From Carcharhinus amblyrhynchos (taxonomy: Eukaryota): a stretch of 64,000 nucleotides of DNA. Both the position numbers and the translations under genes were made by a program. Of the stretch, positions 49,386 to 61,112 are shown one piece after another; the stretch's first letter is position 1, and every line of letters starts with the position of its first letter. The stretch lies in contig OZ336888.1 of NCBI GenBank assembly GCA_965287045.1, positions 11,718,001 through 11,782,000 of the forward strand, written 5' to 3'. The notes under the pieces are model-generated. The model saw only the letters and a list, made by a program, of their open reading frames with translations, had not been told where the DNA came from and did not search any database.

Positions 49386-51339
49386 TAATGAACTGAATGT
49401 CAGGAAGTAATCCACTGCTGGTAGATAACTTGGAACATCCAGAGAAAAGCTTTGTTGCTCCATAACTGGTCCCGATGTGATGAAATTTCTGCGTGTCTGC
49501 ATTTTGTGTTAAACTCCAGGGTTCCTCAACACTTCTGTTTTGGGCTCGCTTCTCCTGCAAATTTCACAATTTTGTTTTTAAATTTATGATTCCTGGTTAT
49601 CTTGGCATATTGTGCAGCTCCTGAATGCCTTTGTCATGTTGGGCTAGTGGAGTCGATATCTATCTTTTGTCTCATGTAGCATCTGACTGATAATTCTGTC
49701 TGTACACTTCCTAGCAACAATACATTTTCTGTTGTTGTCATGACTTCAACACACTGATTCATTTTAATCTTTGAGCAAAATATAATCTGACCTTGAAAAG
49801 ACCACTATTTCTTGATATCAATCAGTGTATCTAGTCTAGCCTTTGGGCACCTCATTGCAATTGTGCTAGCAGCCTTGTCTTGACTTGTCTGATACAGATG
49901 CCATTACACAGGCTATAGCATTTGTTTCATCGTCCTTTGTACCAAAGTGTAGCATGGCTCCACTTCCTATATTAAACCTGTGATATTTTTAAAGGATAGG
50001 TCTGCAGACCACAAAGGTACAAATAAAACAGACAAACAAGAGCCTCATTGGAAAGGTGTTTACTCCACAGGCTGTGAGGATAGACTTTCCCTTTGCCCAC
50101 GCAAACATCCAATAATATCTTCAATACATCATGTGATTAGATTCTTAAAATGACCTTGTTCCAACTTGTCATGAATACATGACATTTTCCTGCCCCTTTA
50201 CATCAGGGATTCCTGCAAGGAAACACAATATAACATTATCAAAATTTACAATATGAACACACAACACTTTCCTCCCTCTTTACACTAGGGATACATGAAT
50301 AAAACACAACATACCATTACCAAAATTTACAATTAATAAACACAGCAGTCAATAAGTTTGATGTTTTGATTCCTGTGTGGGTTGTTGGTGAACCTTAGGC
50401 GCCTGCTTTTTCGTTTTGATGATAACCTGTGGTGTTTTTGGTTTAGTTTGGATGTCGTCTGTGGTTGTCTCAACTGCAGCCGATGTAGGATTTGGAGGAT
50501 TACTCAGTGTCCTCAGCCAGGGTACTGTCTTCCACAGCTGCATTGTCAGGTTTGCAGGAATGTGTGGGTCTTCACTTGGCACAGTTTGATGCAGATTCGC
50601 GGTTGACTCTGTCTCTGGCAAACTAGTTGCTAAAAGTTGAGCAGTGTATCTTCTCCACACTACATCGCCTTGAACCTGAACAGTGTAGAAGACTGGTCCT
50701 GTCTGTGGTTCTACGATGGCAGGTATCCACCTCTCACTGGTGGTGTAGTTCCTTGCCAATACTTTCTGACCGCTCTGTAAAACATTTAGCCTTGTTTAAC
50801 CTCGTTTTCACATTGTAAAACCTGACTTTGCTATTTGCTTGTCTTAGGCGGCTTTAGTAGATCAAACACTGTGCATAATGGACGTTTTAACATGAATTAT
50901 GCTAGAGAACTTTGGGTTGTTGAATGTGTTGTACTCCTGTATGTAACCAGGAATTCACCCACTCATTAAGGCTCTCAAGTTACCTTCAACAAGGGTTTCA
51001 TTACCTGAACTAACCTTCCAGCCAGTCCATTTGTGACACGATGATGAGGAGTGGTCCCAGAGTGTTTGATTCCTGTCTCCTTTAGATAATTTGTGAATTC
51101 TTGCAAAATGAACCATTTGTACTGAATTGTTGCAACAAATAATTCAGGGTAACTGAATCTTACAAAAGTCTCACCCAGTCTTCCTGTTGTTTTCTCTGAG
51201 GACATAGGCTTCATAATGGTGACTTCAGGTTATTTTGAGTGCGCATTTACCACAATGAAAACCATTCAAATAATCTGATAGAATCCATGCAAACCCTTTG
51301 CCATTGCCCTTTTGGCCATTCCCAATGCAGTACTGATCG

Positions 51340-51584
51340 GTCTGCATCCTATTCCCATAACCCCACATATTTACCCTGCTAATCCCGGCATTAGAGTCAA
51401 TTTAGCATGGCTAATTATCCTAACCTGCACATCTTTGGACTGTGGGTGGAAACTGGAGCTCCTGGAAGGAACCCACACAGACAAAAGGGGAACATACAAA
51501 CACCACACAGACAGTGGCCTGAGGCTGGAATTGAACCTGGGTCCCTTGTGCTGTGAGGGCGTAGTGCTAACCACTGTGTTGCCA
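51340..51584 (-). mobile_element. HE1-type SINE nested in Gypsy integrase
   Basis: Head plus V-domain, tail truncated. Confidence 0.85.
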
Positions 51585-54500
51585 ACTTGAACTTTTTCAC
51601 CCACCTTCTCCTCAATTTCACTATCGAGCCTTGGCCATTAAAAATAGGCTATGTAAATATGCAGCTAAACAGACACACTTGTCCTGATATATCATTATAG
51701 GTAACTAATGGGGAGAACCTGGCTGGAGGAAATCAACCTAAACTGGACCGAGGTGAATTTCATATCAGAGTCTGAAGCAGGTTTACTGCAGATTTGAAAG
51801 AAACATCCCATTGTCTTTAATGGAGAGCTGGGAAGCACGAACGGGGTCTCAGTTAATCTAAAAATTCAGGATGAAAGCCAAGCAATGCTTCAAGCCTAAG
51901 TCAGTGCTGTACAGCACCAGGTCTAAGGTTGAGATAGAATTAGAGAGGCTGGTCAAGACAGGAGTCTGTGAACCCGTTAATATAAGTGAATGGGCCACAC
52001 CCATAGTACCTGTACTGAAGTTAAATGGTTTGGTGTGTATATTTGGCAATTTTAAAGTCACAATCAATCCAGTACAGTGTGCAGAGCAGTACCCTTTGCC
52101 TTTAGTAATGATTTATTTGCTGGGCTGGTGGACGTCAGCATTTCAGTAAAGTTGATTAAATGTCAGTGCCAATGAAACTGCTGCCCCGGTGTCCATCTGC
52201 ATCTTCACTTGTCTATCGAGGAAAGTACTGACCCAGTAATCATTTGTTGCACTTGCTATGGTCAATATATTCAAGACTATCTCCTTCATCCTTAGTAACT
52301 CATAATGACCGTCATGAAGTTAATTTAGGATCTATTTCCTTTACAATAGTGGAATGCTGACCCTCATTCCCCGGAGGAGACAACCAGCCTGCATGGATAG
52401 TTCGAGTCTTCGGGTAACATATGGCTTCAACTCCAGGTTTACTTCTGTGGTCTTTACACAAAGTACCATATCCATAACTCTGACAGTGATGGATAATTTT
52501 TAAACTTGTCTTCCAGGTCTGTTATCAATTTCTTTGAAACAGAAAACATTACCACTCAAATTATTCATTCATGACTTGTAAAGCTAATCTGGAGAGTGTA
52601 TTAGCGTTCCCATAGAGATTTGAGTCTCAATATTTTACCATGTACACATGTGCCCATCTCTCTATCCAGTTCACTGCTAAAGATGGAATACTGATATGCA
52701 GCCTGAGTATCATTGTCAGTGGTCAATTATTCATCAGTAAATTTCCTTCCATATTGGTATTGGTAAAAAGGTTTGGCCCTGAAAATGGTGCCCAGAGCTC
52801 CCTTCTCTATCTGTGCAGAGTTCATTGCTGTTTTATTTAAGGATCTTGATGCAACAGCTATTGGCTTCTCTTCACCATTGGCCATCACGTGAGAAACCAC
52901 TGCTCCCACCCCGTAAGGTGATGTGTCACAAGCCAGTGGTAAGGGTAACTTTGAATCAAAGGGTGTCATTATTTCTGGCTTTAATAGTGTCTCCTTAATC
53001 TGTATGAAGGCCTTCTTGTACTGAGCCACCATTTCCATTCCCTGATTGGACGCAATAAATTGAGTAAAGGCTTGAGAATAGTTGCTAGATTTGTGATAAA
53101 GCATCCATAATAGATTAAAACAATCAATATTAGTTTACATTTTGAGGTGCGGGTGCCTCAGTTGTGGCTTTTGTTTTTGAAAATGATTTGTGCAGTCCCT
53201 TTTTCATCTAGGACATACACCAGGTATTCAATGGAAGATTTGAAGAGTTCACATTTATCCCTCCATACTCATAATCCACAATTTTCCAGTCTCTGGAGCG
53301 TGGCATCTAAATTTTAAAGATGCTGTTCTTTATCCTTTCCAGTAATTAAGATATTGTTTAAGTAGCACTGGACTCCTTCTAATCTGCTTAGAATTTGATC
53401 CATGGAATCTTGGAAGAACACAAGTGCAGATGAGATGCCAATGTAAGTCTTTTATATCTGAATAGCCCTTAGAGTGTCACGATTGTCAAATATTGTTGTG
53501 AATCTGAATCCACATTTATCTGGAAATAAACTTGACCAAGGTCAACTTTACTGAAAAGCTGGCCTCCACCAGCCCAGCAAATAAATCATTATTAAAGGCA
53601 AAGGCTCTGCACATTGTATTGGATTGTCTGTGACTTTAAAATTGTCAAATGTACACACCAAACTATTTTATTTCAGCACAGGTACTATAGGTGTGGCCCG
53701 ATCACTTATATTAACGGTTCACGGACTCCTGTCTTGACAAGCCTCTCTACTTCTACCTCGACCTTAGACCTGATTCTGTAAAGCATAGGCTTTAAGTATC
53801 TTGCTTGACTTTCATCCTTAATCTTTAGATCAACTGAGATCTCGTCCATGCTTCCCAGCTCTCCATTAAAGACAAAGGCATATTTCTTTGAAACCTTCAG
53901 TAAACCTGCTTCAGACTCTGGCATGAAATCCACCGTGGCCCAGTTTAGTTTGATTCTCTCTTGCCACGTTCTCCCCATTAAGGCTGGAGAATTACCTTTA
54001 ATGATGTATCAGCTGTTTAGCTGCATGTTTACATTGATATGGCCCCTCAATAGCACGATTTTCCCAATACAAGTTTTTAGCCTTATCTTTAAGGGTTTCA
54101 AGATGATACATCATGGTTTTTCTTGGTAAACAATTTCAGGTACAATGAAACTGCTGCTCCAGTGTCCATTTTTTTCTCACTTGTTATCCAACTAGGAAAG
54201 TAGTGACCCCGTAATGGTTTGTCACACCTGCAATGGCCAATATGTTCAATGACAGTTCACCATCTGACCGTGACTCTGCAACCTTTTTGTATCCCGTGAA
54301 TCCTATGTCCTCTGTTGGGTTTTCCATTTGATACACTTGTTTTTCATAGTTTATGCTTGGAACTTGTTGTTTCTTTCTCCAACAAGAACATTTGATGTGT
54401 CCCTTTCAACTACAGTTCCTATGTTTTGGATCCAGTGGTCAGTCACTGCGTGCCCAGTTTTTGCTAATTCCATAGAGATCATAATTTCTAAAGCTTTCTT

Positions 54501-54647
54501 TAGGTTTAAGTTGCTTTCTATTAACGCCCTTTGCTAGATAGCTTTTTACTTAACACATATATTAATCTGTCCCTAATAGTGTCATTCAAGACATCCCCAA
54601 ATTCACGGTATTCTGCTAATTCCTTTAAATTGGCTGCAGATTGTGTT

Positions 54648-54743
54648 CCAAAAACAGAAAATTCTGGAAAACCCAATAGGTCTGACAGCATCTGTGGAGA
54701 ATAAACCTAACATTTTGAGTCTAGATGACCCTTCATCAGAGCC
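54648..54743 (-). mobile_element. Penelope-like family 2 fragment with hammerhead-like core, nested in Gypsy gag
   Basis: Minus strand reads CTGATGAAGGGTCATCTAGACTCAAAATGTT. Confidence 0.65.
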
Positions 54744-54764
54744 CTGTGATTGATTCACCTTCTT

Positions 54765-55135
54765 ATCATATGAGGAGAGGTTAAGTCAGTAAGGATCATA
54801 TTCACTGGAGTTTAGAAGTTGATAGGGGATCTCATTGAGACTTATTCTAACCGATTTAGACAGGGTAGACTCAGAAAGAATGTTCCCAATGTTGGGGATG
54901 TCCAGAACCAGGGGTCATAGTTTGAGGATAAGGGGTAAATCTTTTAGAACTGAGGTGAGGAGAAATTTATTTTGCCCAGAGAAATTCCCTACCACAGAAT
55001 GTAGCTGAGGTCAGAACATTGTGTGATTTCAGGAAGAAATTAGATTTAGCTCTTGGGGCTAAAGGGATCAATGGATGTGAGGGGAAGGGAGGAAACATGA
55101 TATTGAATTCGATGCTTTTGCTTCTAGTTTCTATA
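54765..55135 (+). mobile_element. CR1 3' end nested in Gypsy gag
   Basis: Same family as the older copies at 12.9 and 23.2 kb. Confidence 0.8.
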
Positions 55136-56855
55136 TTTGTTGGACACTTTTTTGGAATCTGAGCCTTTTGGCAATGACCAAGGGTTTTGGTACGAAGTGG
55201 CCCAACAATATCTCCACAATCTTCTTATAGGTTTTCGAGCCAAATTTTTCTGGTTGCATCAAACTTTGTATGAGTTTGAATGTCCCCCCCCCCCCATTCC
55301 CCATCTAAGGGAAATCAGGAATGTTGGGAGCAAAATATCTGCTACAGTTTATTTGTTTGAACAAAATAATCAAATTTTTCAGTCCATGAGCTCTAATGAA
55401 GGAAAGGCTTGTGTAAGCAAAACATGCCACAAAATTTTAGCACTACCTCACTTCTTTTTATCAAATACGGAGCCCTGAGCTCCACCTATTTCCTTTCAGG
55501 TTTTGAAAAACCCCAGCTCTAAACTGTCGTTGCTGGATATTTTCTCCTCACAGTGCTCCTTATACTGTTCCAGCTCTTTCCGAGTAGAGCTTGAGGCAAG
55601 CTTTTTTTCTGATGTGGTTTCCTCCGAAATCTTTGCTTAAATTTTGTTTCCTTTGATGGCTACTACTGGGGGCGGGGTGGGGGGTGGTGGTGTAGGCGGG
55701 AAGGGGGGACAATTCTTCCATATTGCTGTACTGCAATCCAGCTGGCCAGTAATCGGGAGGTCATCAGTGTGGGGCCACTGCGCGTGCGCCGATCCTGGCA
55801 CTGACACATCAGAGCATGCGCAGTGGCCCACTCAGCGCACTGGTTTCAGCCTCTACAGTGGAAATAGGCCCTGCCTCCTTAAGTTTAATAACACATTGGT
55901 AGCCTCTGCAGTGCACAGAATGTGGCAGATTATTCTCTTAATTCCCACGGAAAAAAAACACCGTGAATTACTCCAGTTTTCACGTGAATTCGACACTTAG
56001 AATTTTCTGGGGACCATTAGGCCCTGATATTTGGCACCACTCTATCGGCAGCTTTAGTGCAGCAAAGTTTTTATTGCCTTAATCCTTTTCAAGTGTCTGC
56101 AACATGGATTGATGATTTTTCTATATTATTTGTATTTCTCTGGGAGCCTGCCAGTGTGGTTTTGACCTCCTTGTCGCCAACTTTCTTCGTGGTAGTTTTA
56201 AAGGATAGCTTGCAGACCACAAAGGTACAAACAAACAAGAGCTTTACTGGAAAGGTGTTTACTTTACGAGCTATTAGGATAGACTGCTCATTTGTCAATG
56301 CAAATGGTAGATGAGGTCATTCATACATCATGTGATCACACTCTTCAGATGACCTTATTTCAACTAGGGACAAACATGAATATACAACAAAATCCTTCAA
56401 TGCAATGATTCTAGATTAGTTTCTAGGCGATGCTAATAAACAAACCCTCTTCCTCTATGTTGCAAGTACAGGGACAGCAGTCTTCATTAGTATTTTTCTG
56501 TGAGAGGCTATTATTGAACTGATCTTGAGATGTTTGCTTCCAGAGGCAGAGCGCCTTATGGCAAAGTCACTCAATAATGGCAAGTCAGTTAGTCAGGCAG
56601 TACAGGATTACATATCCTGAACCCAAACACTATAGAGTTCAAATGGATTATATCTGCATGTTCAGGATAGAGATCTGCCAGTATCCCATCTCTCAAAGAA
56701 TTAGGTGCCACCACATTGTGACTGTAGCTGTGGTGATATAACTTGTCTTGGACTTGAGGTATAAATGGGGTTTCTTTAGGGTTTCTCTATTACCTAAGAA
56801 TACTACCATCGACTGGTATTCATAGAAACCACTTTATGTACATCTCAGTAACTCA

Positions 56856-57168
56856 GGGAGGCATAGTGGCACAGTGGTTAGCGCTGCTGCCTCACAGCGC
56901 CAGGGACCCATGTTCAATTTCAGCCTCGGTCATCGTCTGTGTAGAGTTTGCACATTTTCCCCATGTCTGCATGGGTTTCCTCCGGATGCTCCAGTTTCAT
57001 TCCACAGTCCAAAGATGTGGAGGTTAAGTTGATTGGCCACGCAAGTGTTGGGGGATTAGCAGGTTAATGTGTGGGGTTATAGGAATAGGACCTGGGTGGG
57101 ATTGTGGTCAGTATAGGCTCGATGGGCCGAATGACTTCCTTCTGTAATGTTGGGATTCTATGATTCTA
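56856..57168 (+). mobile_element. HE1-type SINE, tail A
   Basis: Full match. Confidence 0.88.
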
Positions 57169-58609
57169 CACGAGATTGTACTTTATTTCCTTCCAGGTCT
57201 CACTCTTTTAACCATGTGACATTGCATCTTAGCTACAGCATTTGTTACATCAATATCAGGTGCTTCTGATACTAACCCTTTGTTCTACATTTTTCTCCAA
57301 ATCTTTGTCTCACTTATATACATCATCCCACCTCTCCACCTAATGTCTTTGATTTCACCAGATTTGTCTTTGATCAATCTCCCGGTCTGGTCCTGATTTT
57401 ATTTCAAGGTTGAGGACAAATCTTACTCTCTTATCTTTTGATAGGTTTTGAATGTTCTTCCTCCCATTGTACTCAGCAAAGTTGAGAGGAAAATATCTGC
57501 TACTATCTTATTCACTTGGACAAATTAATCAAATCTTTCAGTATATGAGCTTGACTACTCAGTGTTTTTATCATACGATTCCACTGTACCTTAGAGTTTC
57601 TACTTGGTCCTGTCTTTGTCCAGATCCAAACAATATGTCCAAGGTTCTGTTGGTTTCCTTCCTAATAATATCAGAGCTCTTCAGTTGTTTCTGATGTTTC
57701 CCTGCTCTGTCTTAGTTCTATATACCCCGGCTGTGAAACTCTTCCTGTTACAATGTCTCCCTTTGGTTGTTCTCACACCCACACTCCCACCCTGGGCTGT
57801 TGCACTTTCAAGTCTCGTGCCCTGAGCCTGGAATTGAAATTATGAACTTGACTGTTTCTTTGTTGCTCCTCGTGCTTCCAAACCTTCTGAACATCATCTG
57901 AAGTAAAGTTAGGTTGTAGACGTTGGAAGTTGTGTTCCCAGCTGTCTTCTTATCAATAATTCAGATGGCAAGAACAGTTTTCGCAACAAGAGCTTGTACT
58001 CATAAAGGGCTAAGTTAATATCTTTGTACTTTCTCATCAGTTTTTGGATTGGTTAAACTTCTACTTCTCCATTGGCTGAGGATATCCAAGCAAACTAGTT
58101 ATATGTGTGAAACCTTTGTTGAGATTCTCTGGCTCCCCAGTCATGGGATACGGGATTCTTGCCAGCGGGAGACAGCACGGCGCTCACTGGCCGTGGGATC
58201 TTTTGGTCTCGTCGGTATCAATGGTGCTTCCATCGACTCCACCTCATGCTGCCGGGAAACACATGGTGGGGCAGGGGATGCGCTGTCCGCAGGACTGAAG
58301 ATCCCACTGGCATGACTGGTTGGAGAATTCCGGCCACATTCCCATGTAAAGAATGGAACAGTTTGTTAGCAAACTGAAAACCTTTGTCTGGCACCATCAT
58401 GTCTGGAATATGTCAGAAAGACTTTTTTTTAAGCACTGGAATGATTGCCTCCGCCACGTTGCTGTGTAGTCTACTCACTTCAAACCATCTGGAGTAGCAA
58501 TCAATGAAGATGATGAAAACCTTTAAACTCAAACAAACACTCAGCTGGCCAGAACAGTCCGCATCACACCTATAAATAAATAATACACTCAGTAATTATC
58601 GATTGCTGA

Positions 58610-58886
58610 CGGTAACTGCATCCAATTTGGCCAGAAACTCCAAGATGTTTTATGAAGATAGCCTGGATCTTAAGTTTTTATATTTGAATTTGGCATCAGT
58701 TGGCATAAGCTGTTTTACTCCAGGTATGATTCAAGTGACCCTCAAGGAAGCTTTTATCAAAACAAAGTTTATTTAAGAAAACGGATGGAATATAACAAAC
58801 AAAAATTAGCACAACTTCTTTCAATTACAAGATTCAAGCATGATACAATATAAACCTTAACAGCTAGCTATCTATGTTGTTCCAAG
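58610..58886 (-). mobile_element. LTR-like fragment, same family as 20871-21913
   Basis: ctccaggtatgattcaagtgaccc...aagcttttatcaaaacaaagtttatttaagaa matches ~21450-21515 reversed. Confidence 0.6.
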
Positions 58887-58887
58887 A

Positions 58888-59185
58888 GGGTGGCACACTG
58901 GCACAGTGGTTTGCACTGATGCCTCAACTCCACGTTCAATTCCCAAATTGGGTCACTGTCTGTGCAGAATCGCACATTCTCCCTGTGTCTGTGTGGGTTT
59001 TCTCAGGGTGCTCCGGTTTCGTCCCAGAGTCTGAAAGATGTGCTGATTAGGTGCATTGGCCAAATCCTCCCTCAGTGTACCTGAACAGGCTCCAGAGTGT
59101 GCTGACTAGGGAATTTTCATAATAATTTCATTGCAGTGTTAATGTCAGCCTACTTACTCAAACACTAATAAATAAACTTTAATCT
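58888..59185 (+). mobile_element. HE1-type SINE, tail B
   Basis: Full match. Confidence 0.88.
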
Positions 59186-60869
59186 TTAAGTCCATTCCTG
59201 GGCAGTGCCATGACTTTGAATGAAGGAGGAGGATGCTAGGGCTTTGCTCTTTATTGCTGGCTGTTCACTGCCAATGCAAGATAATTCAAGACTAACACTT
59301 CAATAGAATGACTAATGCCTGACCACCAGAATGACTGCTGGGGTCTTGTTCAGTCTTTCACTATTCCCAAGTGATAGATTTTCTGGAGAATGACAAGTCA
59401 AAGTGTTTTAGGGATGAATAGTTTGAAATTAAAAACCAAGAAATTGTCAATAACTGTGAGATGATTTCTCTGTTTGAAACTCTGGTGAATTACTAGGTTG
59501 TTAGAAGTGTACTCTGGCCATCCGTTCTGGCAATTCTCATTTATTTTGGTACCCTCATCATCCTGCTACTCCTTAATTCCTTGTAATCTCTTCTCTGTGT
59601 CAGGTATTGAGCAAAGTGCAATATGTTCAGAAGCCACAGGTACCTTGGTAAGCTGTCTAGTATTCGCAAGCGATTTTAAGGTGCTTTATTGATTGGAATT
59701 CTCCAATTTCATCTATGCTGGGATTCCTTAGTTCCACTCCTGGAAACAGAGATATAGCTGAGCGCCAAATTCTCTGTTCTCATTGCAAGTGGTGATGAGG
59801 CACATAACATCAGAGAATTCAATCAATGGGTTTATATATGACCCATGATAGTGGAAAGCAGTTTAACAACCCCAAAGAATGAACAAATAAATGCAGTTGG
59901 TTTCTGCAGCCTGAAGTGACACTGTTACTCTCTCTCGGTCTTTCACTGTTTGCCAGTGGCGGTCATCTTCCTTCTTTGTTTCTTCCACTTCCTCAATTAA
60001 ATTTAAATCCTCAAGTTTTACTCCATCTACTGGTATTCTTGATAATGTATCTGCAGTGATCTCATCCTTCTCTTGAATGAATAGCTAAGTTGTATCTCAT
60101 AAGTTTCGGTCTAAAACATTGAATTCGAGCTGCATTTTACTTTAGTTTTAGAAGAATAACCAGAAAGTTGTGATTGGGGCATGAGAAAGTTCCTTCTTTC
60201 TTTCAAGTGAGGGTTGAGTTCCTACTCCCATGCTTATCCATTGAGATGTCTGATTTCTCGATACTGGCAATTTACACAGTGTCAATCAACTGTGCAAACG
60301 CTTCTGATCGGTAGCTGTTGGGACATTTATCCAAGATGGTCACCTCACTGTCCATCACCCTAGCCTGAGATCACTTTTTAGTTTACCTAATACTGAGGGT
60401 AATTTTCTAGATAAAGGCATTGTGCAGGGTTCCAGAATGCTTACTGCTATGGGTTTCTGGAATGTTTATAGACCTCAATGTGGCGACCACAGTTGCTGTG
60501 ATCTTTATCTTTACTTGGTCATGGTCCCTGATTCCTTAGATTGTTTATGTTTCTTTTTGGAGAGAGAAGAAAGAATTAAATGTTGTGCTAAATAGCTCCA
60601 TGAGAATTCCATCCAATTCTAAAAAAAATCCTGTTTCTTACAGATGTTTTGCATCCACTTCCCCAATAAAATTTAAATTGTCCAGTTTTACTCTGTCGAT
60701 TGGTTTCTTGATAATACATCTGTGGTGCTCTCGTACTTCCCTTGAATATACTCAGTAACTGAATCGTACCTCATAAGTCTCAGTCTAAAACATTGAATTC
60801 TAGGTGCATTTTTGCAATTTTATTTAGTGTGTGATTGGTTTCAATTTTAAATCTTAATCCCATGACATT

Positions 60870-61112
60870 ATGGAACACCACCACCGGGAGGTTCCCCTCC
60901 AAGTCACTTACTGCCCTGATTTAGAAATACATTGCTGTTCCTTCACTGTCGCTGGGTCAAGATCCTGGAACTTCCTCCCTATCAACACTATGGATGTACC
61001 TACATCACAGGGACTCCAGTGGTTCTAGAAGGCAGCTCACCACCACCTTCTCAAGAGCAACCAGGGATGGACAATAAATAGCCAGCGACGTCTGGATCCC
61101 ATAAATGAATAG
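60870..61112 (+). mobile_element. LINE 3' end whose tail is shared with SINE family 2 (also ~10510-10635)
   Basis: tcctggaacttcctccct...ttctagaaggcagctcaccaccaccttctcaagagcaaccagggatggacaataaat. Confidence 0.65.

Larger units (their letters stand above)
49979..56389 (-). mobile_element. Near full-length degenerate Ty3/Gypsy LTR retrotransposon
   Basis: Direct repeats 49979-50266 (TG...CA) and 56188-56389; minus-strand PPT 50267-50281; PBS-like TTGGCGACAAGGA at ~56168-56180; flanks AAACC/AAATC; protease MDTGAAVS ~54145-54169, RT ~53060-53980, RNase H LACDTSPYGVGAV ~52600-53000, integrase ~50700-51300 (TNGLAGRLVQ); many stops and frameshifts. Confidence 0.85.

Noticed and set aside
49979-56389. 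Active or domesticated Gypsy gene
   Set aside because: Catalytic YLDD reads YLNN; multiple stops, frameshifts, nested insertions and diverged LTRs.
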